In this document: piece by piece, positions 28,077-41,321 of the stretch
How positions within the stretch are numbered: position 1 is the stretch's first letter
Layout: each line of letters starts with the position of its first letter
Program-made: the position numbers and the translations under genes
Assembly: GCA_963767925.1 (NCBI GenBank)
Contig: CAVYGB010000008.1
Location: forward strand, 2,624,001 to 2,688,000
Direction of reading: 5' to 3'
DNA length: 64,000 nt
Source of the DNA: an uncultured delta proteobacterium
Lineage (GTDB): Bacteria; Myxococcota_A; Polyangia; Fen-1088
Notes under the pieces: generated by a model
What the model was told of the DNA's origin: nothing
Seen by the model: only the letters and a program-made list of their open reading frames with translations
Database searches by the model: none

Positions 28077-28989
28077 CTACCGCCCGACCCCCACCCGGAT
28101 CCCGGGCGGGACCGAATAGGTGATGAAGGAGTTGCCGCCGATGATGGCCCCCCGCCCGATGACCGTGTCGCCGCCCAGGATGGTGGCGTTGGCGTAGATG
28201 ATGACCTCGTCCTCGATGGTGGGGTGGCGCTTGGTGGGGGCGGTGCCCGGGGCGTCGGTGCCGTTGCGCTCTTGATCGAGAGCGCGCCCAGGGTCACGCC
28301 CTGGTAGATGCGGACCGAGTTGCCGATGTCGGTGGTCTCGCCGATGACGATGCCGGTGCCGTGATCGATGAAGAACGACGAGCCGATGCGGGCCCCCGGG
28401 TGGATGTCGATGCCGGTGCGAGACTTGGCGTGTTCGGTCAACATGCGCGGCACGATGGCCGCCCCCTCCTGCAGCAGCCGGTGGGCGGCGCGGTAGATGG
28501 CGATGGCGTACAGGCCGGGGTAGCAGGCGATGACCTCGTCGGGACCGGTGGCGGCCGGATCGCCGTCGAGCGCCGCCTCGACGTCCTGGACCAGCAGGGC
28601 GCGGATGCCCGGCAGGGCGGCCAGCAGCCTGCGGGTCGATCGCCCGGGCCTGCTTGCGGCAGCCGTCGTCGTCGCCGTCTTCGCGGCAGCGCCGGTGCAG
28701 GCCCAGGAACACCGCCTCCTCGAACCGGCGCTCGAGGGTGGCCAGGTGGCCGGCCAGGCCCTCCAGCAGGGCCGGCCGCGAGCTGGCCCCATTGGAGCGC
28801 ATCCGGCCGGTGCTGGGGAAGAGAACGGTCGATCAGCTCTTCGGCGATGGCCGCGATGTCGGCGGCGCTGGGCAGGGGCCCCCGCAGGCCGCCGTCGACC
28901 CGGGCGTCGGGCACCTTCAGCAGGCGCTCGGCCAGCCGCAGGTACGGGCGGCGCGGGCGCGGTCCGTCGCTGAATGGCCATCCGGACAC
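28077..28989 (-). CDS. cysE: Serine O-acetyltransferase (EpsC/CysE type; frameshifted, start approximate)
   Basis: [51 protein letters not shown]. Confidence 0.88.
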
Positions 28990-29047
28990 TCTAGCGCAAA
29001 CCACCGGGCCGGCCGTCAGCGCAGGTCTCCGGGCGGTGTCCCGCGGG

Positions 29048-29943
29048 TCAAGCGCCTGGCAGCTTGTCCAGGACCTCTTGCAGGCGCGACTCCGGGATCG
29101 AGACCCGGGTGGGCATGCCGCCTCCCAGCTCGAACAGCTTGACGAAGTCCAGCCCCGACTCGAAGTCGGCGGCGATGGAGAGCGAGCCCGAGTCGTGGAC
29201 CACCGCCACCGCGGCCTTGCGCTGGCCCAGCAGCAGCAGCTCGGTCTTGTCGTAGGGTGTGCGCGAGGTGGGGCGCACGTACGCCACCTGGCCGTCGACC
29301 CGGTAGCGCTCGGCCAGCCGCTTGGCCTCGTCCAGCAGGGGATCGACCATGCGCGGCGGCCGCCTCGATCTCCTCCCAGTGGTGGGGGGCCCTGGTGCGC
29401 GCCAGCAGGTACTGGATGATCCGGTGCTTGAGGTTCGTGTCGCGAAAGCGCGCCCGCAGCGCCCGATCGATGCGGGTGGCGATCGGCCCCGGCTCGCCCC
29501 GGCGCGTGTCGACCGCGCGGGCGTCGTCGTCGGCCCCCGGATAGGGCTCTACCCCGCCGAGGACCCACTTGGCCCCGGAGTACAGTCCGTCGAGGTCGAC
29601 GTGGACCGCCACGCGTGTCGACCGGGCCGGCGGCGGCCACCACCTCGGGGGTCACCATCTCCGGGCAGGCGCCGTGTTCGGCCTTGGTCGACAGCACGAA
29701 GCGCGGATCGTTGGCGTAGTCGACGTGCCGTTCGTGATCGTGGTGGTCCACCCAGGCCGCCAGGCGGCTGCCCAGCCCCTGGATGAAGGGCAAGGTGACC
29801 TTCTCGAACGACGAGCCGCCGCCCTCGGCGGCGAAGGCGATGTCGAGCACCGCCACCCTCCCGGGGAGGGTCTCCGGCTTGGGCAGCGCACGCGGCGTCA
29901 GGTACGCGAAGCGGACACCGGTGCTGGCTGAGCTGTCCGACAT
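29048..29943 (-). CDS. DHH-like phosphoesterase hypothetical protein (frameshifted)
   Basis: Motifs VAVLDIAF, WVDHHDH and HVDLDGL; fragments lie in three frames. Confidence 0.6.
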
Positions 29944-30032
29944 CGAACCAGGGAGGATAGACGACCCGGGCGCACCATCCAGAAGCAAATTCTGGCTACC
30001 CGCCGCACCAGCCAACATACTGTGCCGAGGGG

Positions 30033-30986
30033 ATGGGCTGGGCGGTCGTGATGCTGCTGGTGGCTGCCCCGGTCGACGCTGCCTCGACCGCGGTGGTGAC
30101 ACCGTTTCGCACCGAGGCCAGCCCCCGCATCGACCCGGTCTTCGGCAACGCCGCCAGCTTGCGCTCGGCCATCGACCAGTTCCTGGCGCTGCAGGCCGAG
30201 ATGGACAAGGTGCGCGAGGAGTTCTCGAGCGCGGTCCACCGCACGCTGGTCCAGCTCGGACCCATCGGCGCCCAGAAGGCGGCGAAGACCTGCCCTGACA
30301 CGGTGGCGACGCCTTACACGTCGGCCCTGGAGGCCGGCCGCCGCTTCCTCGTGCTGGGCCGCCGGCTCGAGGCCCGCTTCCGCGACATCCGGCGCAGCGA
30401 CGACCTCGGCGACACCGTCGCGCTGACCCCCGACTACCGCTGGAAGACCAAGCGCGTGCGCGAGCTGTACGCGGCCCTGCTGCGCGACTACCACGAGATG
30501 CGGGTCGCCTTTCACGATCAGCTCGGGGCCGAGCTGCGTCACGCCGGCTGCAAGCCCGAGGCATACGCGGCGGCCGCCACCGTCGCCGCGGCCAGCGGGG
30601 CGGCGCCCGCCGAGGTGCCCGATCCCTCCAACCCCGCCCACTGGGAGCTGTCTGCCACCGACGACATCCTCGCCGCCGCCGAGGCCATCCCCGGCCGCGC
30701 CACGCGGCGGGCGGGCTCGGCCGAGGGCGCCGACCCGACGCCGGGCCCGGCAATCTGGATCGAGATCGACAACACCCGCTGCGGCGAGCCGTCCGAGCTC
30801 ACGCTCGACGGGCTGCCGGTGGGGCAGGTCGCGCCGGGCAAGAAGGCCTCGGTGCGCACCCGGGCCGGCCCCCACGCTCTGTGTGTGTTGCCCAGATCGG
30901 ACAAGCGGAGCTGCGGGACCGCCGGCACCGTCCGTCGCGCCTACCTGTACGAAGGGTGGTCGCTGGCGGTTCGCTGTGGCAAGTGA
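30033..30986 (+). CDS. Secreted hypothetical protein (helical N-domain, C-terminal beta domain)
   Basis: Signal-like N-terminus; paired Cys; coding-like codon bias. Confidence 0.65.
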   Translation: MGWAVVMLLVAAPVDAASTAVVTPFRTEASPRIDPVFGNAASLRSAIDQFLALQAEMDKVREEFSSAVHRTLVQLGPIGAQKAAKTCPDTVATPYTSALEAGRRFLVLGRRLEARFRDIRRSDDLGDTVALTPDYRWKTKRVRELYAALLRDYHEMRVAFHDQLGAELRHAGCKPEAYAAAATVAAASGAAPAEVPDPSNPAHWELSATDDILAAAEAIPGRATRRAGSAEGADPTPGPAIWIEIDNTRCGEPSELTLDGLPVGQVAPGKKASVRTRAGPHALCVLPRSDKRSCGTAGTVRRAYLYEGWSLAVRCGK

Positions 30987-30989
30987 CGG

Positions 30990-32809
30990 TCAGCGCGGCG
31001 GGCGCGGTCCGCGCGCGGGCGGAGCCGGCAGCGGCATGGGCAGCGGCGGCGGGTCGGCGTTGTGCAGGGAGAGCGACCCCTCCCGCCCCGGCCAGGGGCG
31101 CCAGCAGCGCGAGGTTGTGGCGGGCGTCCTGGTGGCCGGGATCGATCCGCACCGCCTCCCGAAAGCTCGCCACCGCCAGGTCGAGCAGGCCGAGGCGCAG
31201 CGACACGACGCCGGCCAGGAAGCGCACGCCGGCGTCGGTCGGATCGGCAGCCTCGGCGGCGCGCAGCTCGTTGAGGGCGTCGCCGTCGCGCCCGACCCGG
31301 TGCAGAGCCAGGGCGTGGTTGTAGCGCACGCCCGGCTTGCCCGGCGCCCCCTTGGCCGCCCGCTCGAGGTACCAGAGGGCCTGTTTTGGCTCACCCCGCT
31401 TGAGCGCCAGTGCGCCCAGGTTCGACAGGGCGTCGGCGCGCATCCCGGGAAAGCGAGCCGCCTCGGCGAACAGGCGCTCGGCCAGCTCCAGGTTGCCCGC
31501 CTCGGCGTGGGCCGAGGCCATCAGGAACACCGGCCGCGGATCGGTGGGGGCCAGCCAGCGCAGCTTGGCGTAGTAGCCGGAGGCCCGCTCGAGCTCGCCC
31601 CGCTCGCGCGCCAGGTCGGCCGCCAGCTTGAGCGCGGGGGCGTGCCGCGGGCGCCGGCGCAGCACCTCCTCGTACACCTGGGCGGCGTCGGCGCCGCGGC
31701 CCACGTTCAAGTAGGCGGCGCCCAGCTCCATGCGGGCGTCGATGTTCTCGGGATCGAGCCGGACCACCTCCTCGAGCTCGATACACAGCTCCTTGCCCGC
31801 CTGACGGGCGGCCAGCACCAGCACCAGGCTGCGCCGGACCCTGCAGATCGTCGGGCGAGGCGCGCAGCACCGTCTCGAGCTCGCGCTGCGCTTCGGTCAA
31901 CATGCCCGCCTCCGACAGCACTTCGCCGTAGACCCGTCGCGACTCCAGATCCTCCGGATCGAGGACCAGCAGGCGGGCGTAGCGCTCGCGCGCGATCGGC
32001 AGCCCGGCGGCCCGGTCCAGCCCGGCCAGCATCCGCAGCGCGGCCGGGTAGTCGGAGCGGCGCTCGAGGGCGGCGTTCAGGGCGGCCCGGGCCGGCGCCG
32101 GCTTGCCCATCGCCAGGTGCACGAGGGCCATGTACCGGCGCGCTTCCGGCACCTTGGGATCGATCAGCAGAGCCTTCGACAGCACCTCGAGGGCCCGGGC
32201 GGCCCGGGTGGGCAGCGCCCGGTTGGCCTGGAAGGCGCCGACGCCCCGGCCGTAGAGGACGAAGGCGTAGGGGTCGCGGGCGAAGGGGGCCTTGCCCACC
32301 AGGCTCGCCGTGTCCGGGAGCAGGCGCAGGCCCGGGGTGAGGCTGAAAGCGGCGATGGCCGCCTCCAGGCCCAGGGCATGGGCGTCTTCCTTGGCCCCCG
32401 CGCTCGAGGCGCTGGCGGCGATCTCGTCGGGCGTGGCGGTGGGCCGGATCTGGACGGTGACCGCCAGCTTGCCGTCGGACGTTCGCTCGAACGAGCCGGT
32501 CACCTGCCAGCGGGCGCTCGGCACCGGCGCCCGCGCGAACAGCTCGGGCGGTCCCTCGAACCGGAAGGGGGGCACGGTGGCCAGCCGCTCGGCCAGCAAG
32601 GCCGGCAGCCCGTGGCGGAGATAGTCCAGGGTGGGCGTCCCCTTGGTGTTGACGAAAGGCTGCACCACGAAACCCTCGCGCCCACCCGGGGCCGCCGCCG
32701 CCGGCCCCCAGCCCGCCAGCAGCGCGCAACCCACCGCCGCCCAGATCGGCGCACCCCGGCCGCCGCCGCCCCCGATGGGCCTACCTCCTCGCGAACACCC
32801 CCGGCGCAT
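30990..32809 (-). CDS. TPR protein with N-terminal TolB-N/CsgG-like domain (frameshift near 31842)
   Basis: Motif VQPF.N..LDYL..GL...LAERL; many TPR units ending DARHNL. Confidence 0.75.
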
Positions 32810-32923
32810 TTTCCCCAACATCGGCAGCGGGGGGGCCCGGATACAGCGCCCAACCGCTCGAATAACCGGGTTTTCACTCCTCAATCCCCGGCCGCGCCAC
32901 CCGAAGCTTGATCTCGAGCCTCC

Positions 32924-35468
32924 ATGCCCAAGATCCGTCCCACGCTGCGCGCCCTGCTGCGCATCTTCCTCGGCAGCGCGCTCGGCGCGACCTTGCTGCT
33001 GGGGTCGCTGGCCGGGTGGGCGGTCCACGAGTTCCGCTCCGACCTGCCGCCCAACCTCGACGTGCTCACCGACTACCGCCCCTTGCGGGCCAGCCAGATC
33101 TTCAGCGCCGACGGGGAGATGATCGGCGAGTTCTTCGTGGAAAAACGGGTCCTGATGCCCATCGAGCGCTTGCCCGACACGGTCAAGAAGGCCTTCGTGG
33201 CTGCCGAGGACGCCCGCTTTTACGAGCACCACGGCATCGACTACATGGGCATCTTGCGGGCCGCCTGGGCCAACCTGCTGGCCGGGCGAAGTGGTGCAGG
33301 GGGGCTCGTCGATCACCCAGCAGGTGGCCAAGCTGCTCATCGTGGGCCAGGAGCGATCCCTGGCCCGCAAGATCCGGGAGGCCCTGCTCGCCTTCCGCAT
33401 CGAGAACCGCCTGGGCAAGGACCAGATCCTCGGCATCTACCTCAACCACGTCTACCTCGGCTACGGGGCCTACGGGGTGGCCGCCGCGGCCAACGCCTAC
33501 TTCGGCAAGAGCCCCAGCGACCTCAGCGTGGGCGAGGCCGCCATGCTGGCCGCCCTGCCGAAGGCTCCCTCGCGCATCACCCCCTTTCACGACTTCCCCC
33601 GGGCCCAGGCCCGCCAGCGCTACGTGCTCGACCAGATGGTCGAGAACGCCTACCTCACCGCCGCCGAAGGCGCCACCGCCCGGCGCGAGCCCCTGGTGCT
33701 GGTCACCGACCGCCGGACCTTGACCAACGTGGCCGCGCCCTACTTCGTCGAGACGGTGCGCCGCCACGTGGCCGAGCGCTACGGCAGCGAGGAGCTGATG
33801 GCCAACGGCTTCCGCATCCACACAACGCTCGACATGCGCATGCAGCGGGCGGCCGAGGCGGGCGTGCGCCGGGGCCTCGAGGATCTGGCCCGCCGGCTCG
33901 GCTTCTCCGGCCCCATCGCCCGGCTGACGCCGGAGCAGGCCCGCCAGCTCACCCGGGGTCGCCCCCGCCCGCTGGCCCCCACCGGGTTCTCGATCGACGA
34001 CGAGGAGCAGGGGGGCGCGCTGGTCCCGGTGGCGGCGCCCCAGGCCGCGCTGATCGACACGACCCAGCCGGGCGCCCGCCTGGGCGAGCCGATGGCCCGC
34101 TACGTGGCCGGAGAGGCCTGGGCGGCCAAGCGGCGGGCCGCTCGCGAGCCGCCCCCACCCTCTTTCCCCACTGACCCCGACACCACCTACGCCGCGGTTG
34201 TCGCCGCCCTCACCCCGGCGGTGACGGTGGCGTCCGGTGGCCTGCAGGTGAAGCTCGAGCCCTCCGACGCCGCCCAGATCCTCGCCTGGAAGGGCCCCGC
34301 CGGGCGCACCATCAGCGTCGGCGACGTGTTGCCGGTCCAGTTCCGCAACAACGACCCGCCGCCGCCCCCGCCTCCCGGCCCCGGGCGGCGCTCCGCCACG
34401 CCCCGGCCGCCGCCCCCCACCGCGGTGCTGGCGCGAACCCCCAACGTCGAGGGCGCCCTCATCGCGCTCGATCCCCGCACCGGCCACCTGCTGGCCATGG
34501 TCGGCGGCTACGACTACGGGCGCAGCCAGTTCAACCGGGCCATCCAGGCCCGGCGGCAGATCGGGTCGGCCATCAAGCCCTTCATCTACGCCGCCGCCAT
34601 CGACCGGGGACTCACCCCCCTCACCATCCGCTGGGACGCGCCCGTCCGCTTCAAGACCGCCTCGGGGATCTGGGCGCCCCACAACTACAAACCCGAGTAC
34701 CTGGGGCCGATGACCCTGCGGACGGCGCTCGCCAAGAGCATCAACACCATCTCCGCCCAGCTCACCGCCGAGATGGGCGTCGACCCCGTGATCGAGATCA
34801 TGCGTGCGCTCGGGGTGCGCTCCAACCTGCCCCGCCAGATTTCCCTGTCTCTCGGCACCGCCGACCTCGGCCTGGCCGAGGTGGCCTACGCCCTGGCCGC
34901 CTTCCCCGCCGGGGGAAAGGTGGTCAACCCCCTGTCGATCGTGCGCATCTCCGACTCCGACGGGCGCACCCTGGAAGACCACAGCCGGGGCCTGGAGCGA
35001 CCGGTGCGCTTGTCACCGGAGACCGCCTACCTCGTCACCGACATGATGAAAGGGGTGGTCGAGGCCGGTACCGCCCGCAAGGCGCAAGCCCTCGGCCGCC
35101 CCGCCGCCGGCAAGACCGGCACCTCCACCAACTACCGCGACGCCTGGTTCTTCGGCTTCACGCCCGACCTGATGTGTGGGGTCTGGGTGGGCCGGGACGA
35201 CTTCAAGCCCATCGGTCACGACGTCACGGGCGGGCAGGCCGCTCTGCCGATCTGGCTCGATTTCATGCGTTCCGCCCTGCATGGCCGCCCGATCCGCGAC
35301 TTCGCGGTGCCAGCCGGCGTGGTCCTGGCCCGGGCCAATCCCGAGACCGGCGCGCCGGCCGCGCCCAACGCCCCCAAGAGTCGGCTCATCCCCTTCCGGC
35401 GAGGCACCTTGCCTCCGGCCTTCCGCAACCCGACCACCTCCGGCCGTTTCTCCGACGTGTCGTTCTGA
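32924..35468 (+). CDS. mrcA: Class A penicillin-binding protein PBP1A (frameshift near 33290)
   Basis: Motifs AEDARFYEHHG, QGGSSITQQ, RKIRE, GSAIKPF, SIN and GKTGT. Confidence 0.9.
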
Positions 35469-35683
35469 GTTTTTCGCCGACCAGAGCGTCCCGGCCGGCG
35501 AGTGATAAACTCGTGCCGCGGCCCCTCAAGCAGAACGTCCCGACTTCCGAGAGAAGACGGGACAACAGGTACCGTTCACCGGTAACTTCGAACACCTGGA
35601 CGAGACCTGAAGTAAACGAGACCGTAAGATCGACTGCAGTCGAAGCTGAGCGAACCGGATCGACAAACGCCGCGCGCACCGTC

Positions 35684-35711
35684 TTGACACGTTTTGGGAC
35701 CTCTATAAGAT
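35684..35711 (+). promoter_or_regulatory. Sigma70-type promoter for the aglRQS-like operon
   Basis: TTGACA-N16-TAAGAT in an AT-richer intergenic region, about 110 bp upstream of the start codon. Confidence 0.6.
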
Positions 35712-35820
35712 AGCCAGCGGGAAGGCGCATTCGGATTCAGCGGAGACCTCCCACGCAGTCACTTTCGCGGGGATAAGACAGCAAGAACCTGGGCGAGCAC
35801 GCGTGCTCGCGGAGGCTGAG

Positions 35821-36462
35821 ATGCAAGCATTCGCAGAGTTCCTGGAAAAGGGCGGGCCGCTGATGTACTTCAACCTCGGCTGCTCGGTCATCGTGGTCGC
35901 CTTGATCGTCGACCGGTTGATCTTCTTTCTCGGCCGCAGCAGCGTGAACGCGAAAGCCTTCCTCGAGCAGATCCGCAAGCTCGTCCTGGCCAACAACGTC
36001 GACCGGGCCGTCAAGCTCTGCTCGGCCACCACCGCCCCGGTCGCTCAGGTGGCGCGGGCGGGCCTGCAGCGCATGCACAAGGGCGAGATCGCCATCGCCC
36101 AGTCGATCGAGGAGACGCTGGTCGACGTGACGCCCCTGCTGAAGAAGCGGATCCAGATCCTCTGGTCGCTGGCCAACATCGCCGTGCTCATCGGTCTGCT
36201 CGGCACCGTGCTCGGTCTCATCACCGCCTTCGGCGCGGTGGCCGCCGCCAAGCCCGAGGAGAAGACGGCCATGCTCTCGAAGGGCATCTCCGAGGCCCTC
36301 AACAACACCGCCATGGGTCTGGGCATCGCCGTCACCTGCATCATCGCCCACGCCATCTTCTCGGCCTTCTCGAAGAAGCAGGTCGCCGACCTGGAGACCT
36401 TCTCGCTGAAGCTGGAAAACCTGCTGGCCGAGTCGGCGGGCTCGGGCGCGCCGCGGAGCTGA
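35821..36462 (+). CDS. MotA/TolQ/ExbB proton-channel protein (AglR-like)
   Basis: LWSLANIAVLIGLLGTVLGLI.AF..GISEALNNTAMGL. Confidence 0.88.
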   Translation: MQAFAEFLEKGGPLMYFNLGCSVIVVALIVDRLIFFLGRSSVNAKAFLEQIRKLVLANNVDRAVKLCSATTAPVAQVARAGLQRMHKGEIAIAQSIEETLVDVTPLLKKRIQILWSLANIAVLIGLLGTVLGLITAFGAVAAAKPEEKTAMLSKGISEALNNTAMGLGIAVTCIIAHAIFSAFSKKQVADLETFSLKLENLLAESAGSGAPRS

Positions 36463-36526
36463 GCGGGCCAGCTCGGCCTAGCCAGCAACTCGGGGCAACC
36501 AGTTCTCGACGGCAAGGACTCAGACG

Positions 36527-37056
36527 ATGACCCGCAAGCAGGTCCGGGCCGCCATGCGGCGGATGAAGGACCACTCGGAGGAAGCCGAGGAGGAGACGGT
36601 CGAGCTCAACCTCGTCCCTTACCTCGACATCGTCACCAACATCATCATCTTCCTGCTCGCCTCGGTCGCCTACAACGTGAACTTCGGCAACGTCAACGTC
36701 ACCCTGCCCATCCTGGCTCTCAGGGCGCCGGGGCGGCGGCGACGAGCCCGAGAAGCCGCCCCTGAACCTGACCGTCACCGCCGGCGGCGACGGGCTTCAC
36801 CATCGGGGCCTCGGGCGGCATGTTGCCGGCCATCCCCAAGCTGCCCCACGGGCGAGTACGACTACAAGGCGCTGACCCAGAAGCTGATGGAGATCAAGGC
36901 GGTCCCCGACAACGGCCGACGAGACCAAGGCCACCTTCAACGCCGACGCCCACATCCCCTACCAGATCGTGATCGCAAACCCTGGACGCCATGCGGGAGG
37001 ACACCAACGGCAAGTTGCTGTTCCCCGACGTGGTCTTTTCGGCCGGGATTCTCTGA
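36527..37056 (+). CDS. ExbD/TolR protein (AglQ-like; frameshifted)
   Basis: ELNLVPYLDIVTNIIIFLL; ends DAMRED..LFPDVVFSAG. Confidence 0.82.
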
Positions 37057-37066
37057 AGGAGCGGTC

Positions 37067-37633
37067 ATGAGCGCGATTGCCCAGCAGATGTCGCGGTTCC
37101 AGGGGAAAAAGGCCATCCGCTCCTTCGCCCGCAAGCTGGCCGAGCCCGAGACCATCCGCGAGCTGAACATCACCCCGATGATGGACATGATGACCATCAT
37201 CCTGGTGTTCCTGCTGAAGAACTTCAGCGGCTCGACCCAGATGATCACCCTCGACCAGAACCTGCAGGTGCCCGCCTCGGTCACCCAGCTGCGGGCCAAG
37301 GAGGCGGTCGCGCGTCACGATCACCAAGAAGGTGATCATCGTCGAGGGTGAGCCGGTCGCCCCCATCACCAACGGCAAGGTCGACTCCTCGCTCAAGCCC
37401 GACGGCGAAAACGGCTACCAGATCCAGCCCATCGTCGCACATGCTCGACCAGCATCGCTCGAACCGCGAGCGCAAGGTGGCCGAGCTGAGCGGCGACACG
37501 TTCGCGAGCGAGCTGATGATCGTGGCCGACCAGAGCCACGCCCTACCGGCTGCTGATCGAGGTCCTCTACTCCTGCGGGCAGGCCGGCTACTCGAACTAC
37601 CGCCTCGTCGTCCTCAAGAACAGCGACGAGTAG
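37067..37633 (+). CDS. ExbD/TolR protein (AglS-like; frameshifted)
   Basis: Motifs ELNITPMMDMMTIILVFLLK and IVAD..YRLL.EVLYS.GQAGY. Confidence 0.82.
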
Positions 37634-37814
37634 CGTCCCCCGCGCCGGCCCGCCTCCGGCCGAGCTTCGACCTGATCGCGCCGGCGCCCCCGCCCGAAGA
37701 CCGACGGCCGGCGACCCCCGAAGCTGGCAACGCCTGGAAAGAGCGGGACAAATTCGCGGATTTCGCGGCGTCCGGGAGTGACTTCTGGCGGCGCTTCGTC
37801 TCTAATAGTCGCCC

Positions 37815-40296
<2,482 letters not shown>

Positions 40297-40317
40297 CCCC
40301 GGCCCTCGCGAGCGCAC

Positions 40318-40341
40318 GGGAGAGGGCCCCCGCCCTCTCTC
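40318..40341. terminator. Hairpin between convergent genes
   Basis: GAGAGGGC-ccc-GCCCTCTC. Confidence 0.4.
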
Positions 40342-40401
40342 GGCGCCGCGGCTGGCTGGACCCGGGACCCCTGCGGGTCCCGGCGCGTTCCCCTCCCTCT
40401 C

Positions 40402-41196
40402 TCAGGGCTGGCGAAGATACCGGACGACGGGGAGGACGAAGGGCAGCAGGGCCAGGGTCACCCAGGCCACGCCCACCGCCGGTGACCCCTGCAGCGCCCA
40501 GAGGCCGGCGGTGGGGAGGTCGACGTCGGTGACGCTGAGGGTGAGCTCTCCGCTGTTGGCCGCCACCGCCAGCAGGGCCCCCGCTGCTCCGGAGAGCGCG
40601 AACAGGCCCCAGGCGCGCAGGCGGATCAGCCCGGACAGGCCAGCCACCGCCAGCAGCAAAGCCAGGCCGCCGAGCAGCAACATCTGGTCACCCTCGCGCG
40701 GGGCCAGGGCCCACATGATCAGCGTCGGCAAGGAGGCCGCACCCCGGGTGACGGCCTTGCCCAGCCGGGCCACTCCGAATTCGTCCATCGCGTAGCGCTC
40801 GCGCCAGGTGGGCTGCAGCTCGAAGCGGCTGGACATCTTGGTCCCCATCAGCGCCGCCACGATGACCCCGTGCAAGACGGTGTAGATCGCCAGCGAGGGG
40901 TGCCAGCCGATCATCACCAGCGACATCAGGCCCAGCATGAAGCCGGACCACCCCAACCCCGAGGCGAACCAGCGCGCCCAGAACCACTGCGCGGCCAGGG
41001 CCAGGAACGCCGTGAGGTAACAGATCATCAGCCCCGCGAAGACGGGGGCCCAGCCTGGCGGGGCGTTCAGCGCCACCAGGAAGTAGAGGATGCCGAAGAA
41101 GCTGAGCGACAAGAGCGCGACCGCCGCCCGCTCCCGCTCGTAACCCAGCTCCTTGAGGACCGCCTTCGCCTGCTTGAGTCGCTCCAACCAATCCAT
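40402..41196 (-). CDS. Multi-pass membrane hypothetical protein
   Basis: ATG at 41196 (MDWLERLKQ..); about 7 hydrophobic segments. Confidence 0.7.
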   Translation of the reverse strand: MDWLERLKQAKAVLKELGYERERAAVALLSLSFFGILYFLVALNAPPGWAPVFAGLMICYLTAFLALAAQWFWARWFASGLGWSGFMLGLMSLVMIGWHPSLAIYTVLHGVIVAALMGTKMSSRFELQPTWRERYAMDEFGVARLGKAVTRGAASLPTLIMWALAPREGDQMLLLGGLALLLAVAGLSGLIRLRAWGLFALSGAAGALLAVAANSGELTLSVTDVDLPTAGLWALQGSPAVGVAWVTLALLPFVLPVVRYLRQP

Positions 41197-41321
41197 GATG
41201 GCCCTATTATGCATCGTCCGAGACAGGCGCTCCATGCAGCGCCCAGCCTCCTCCCGGCCGCGGTGGGTCAGTGGGTGACGGAGGCCGCAGGGAGGCCCCG
41301 GGAGGGATGCGGACCGGTCGG

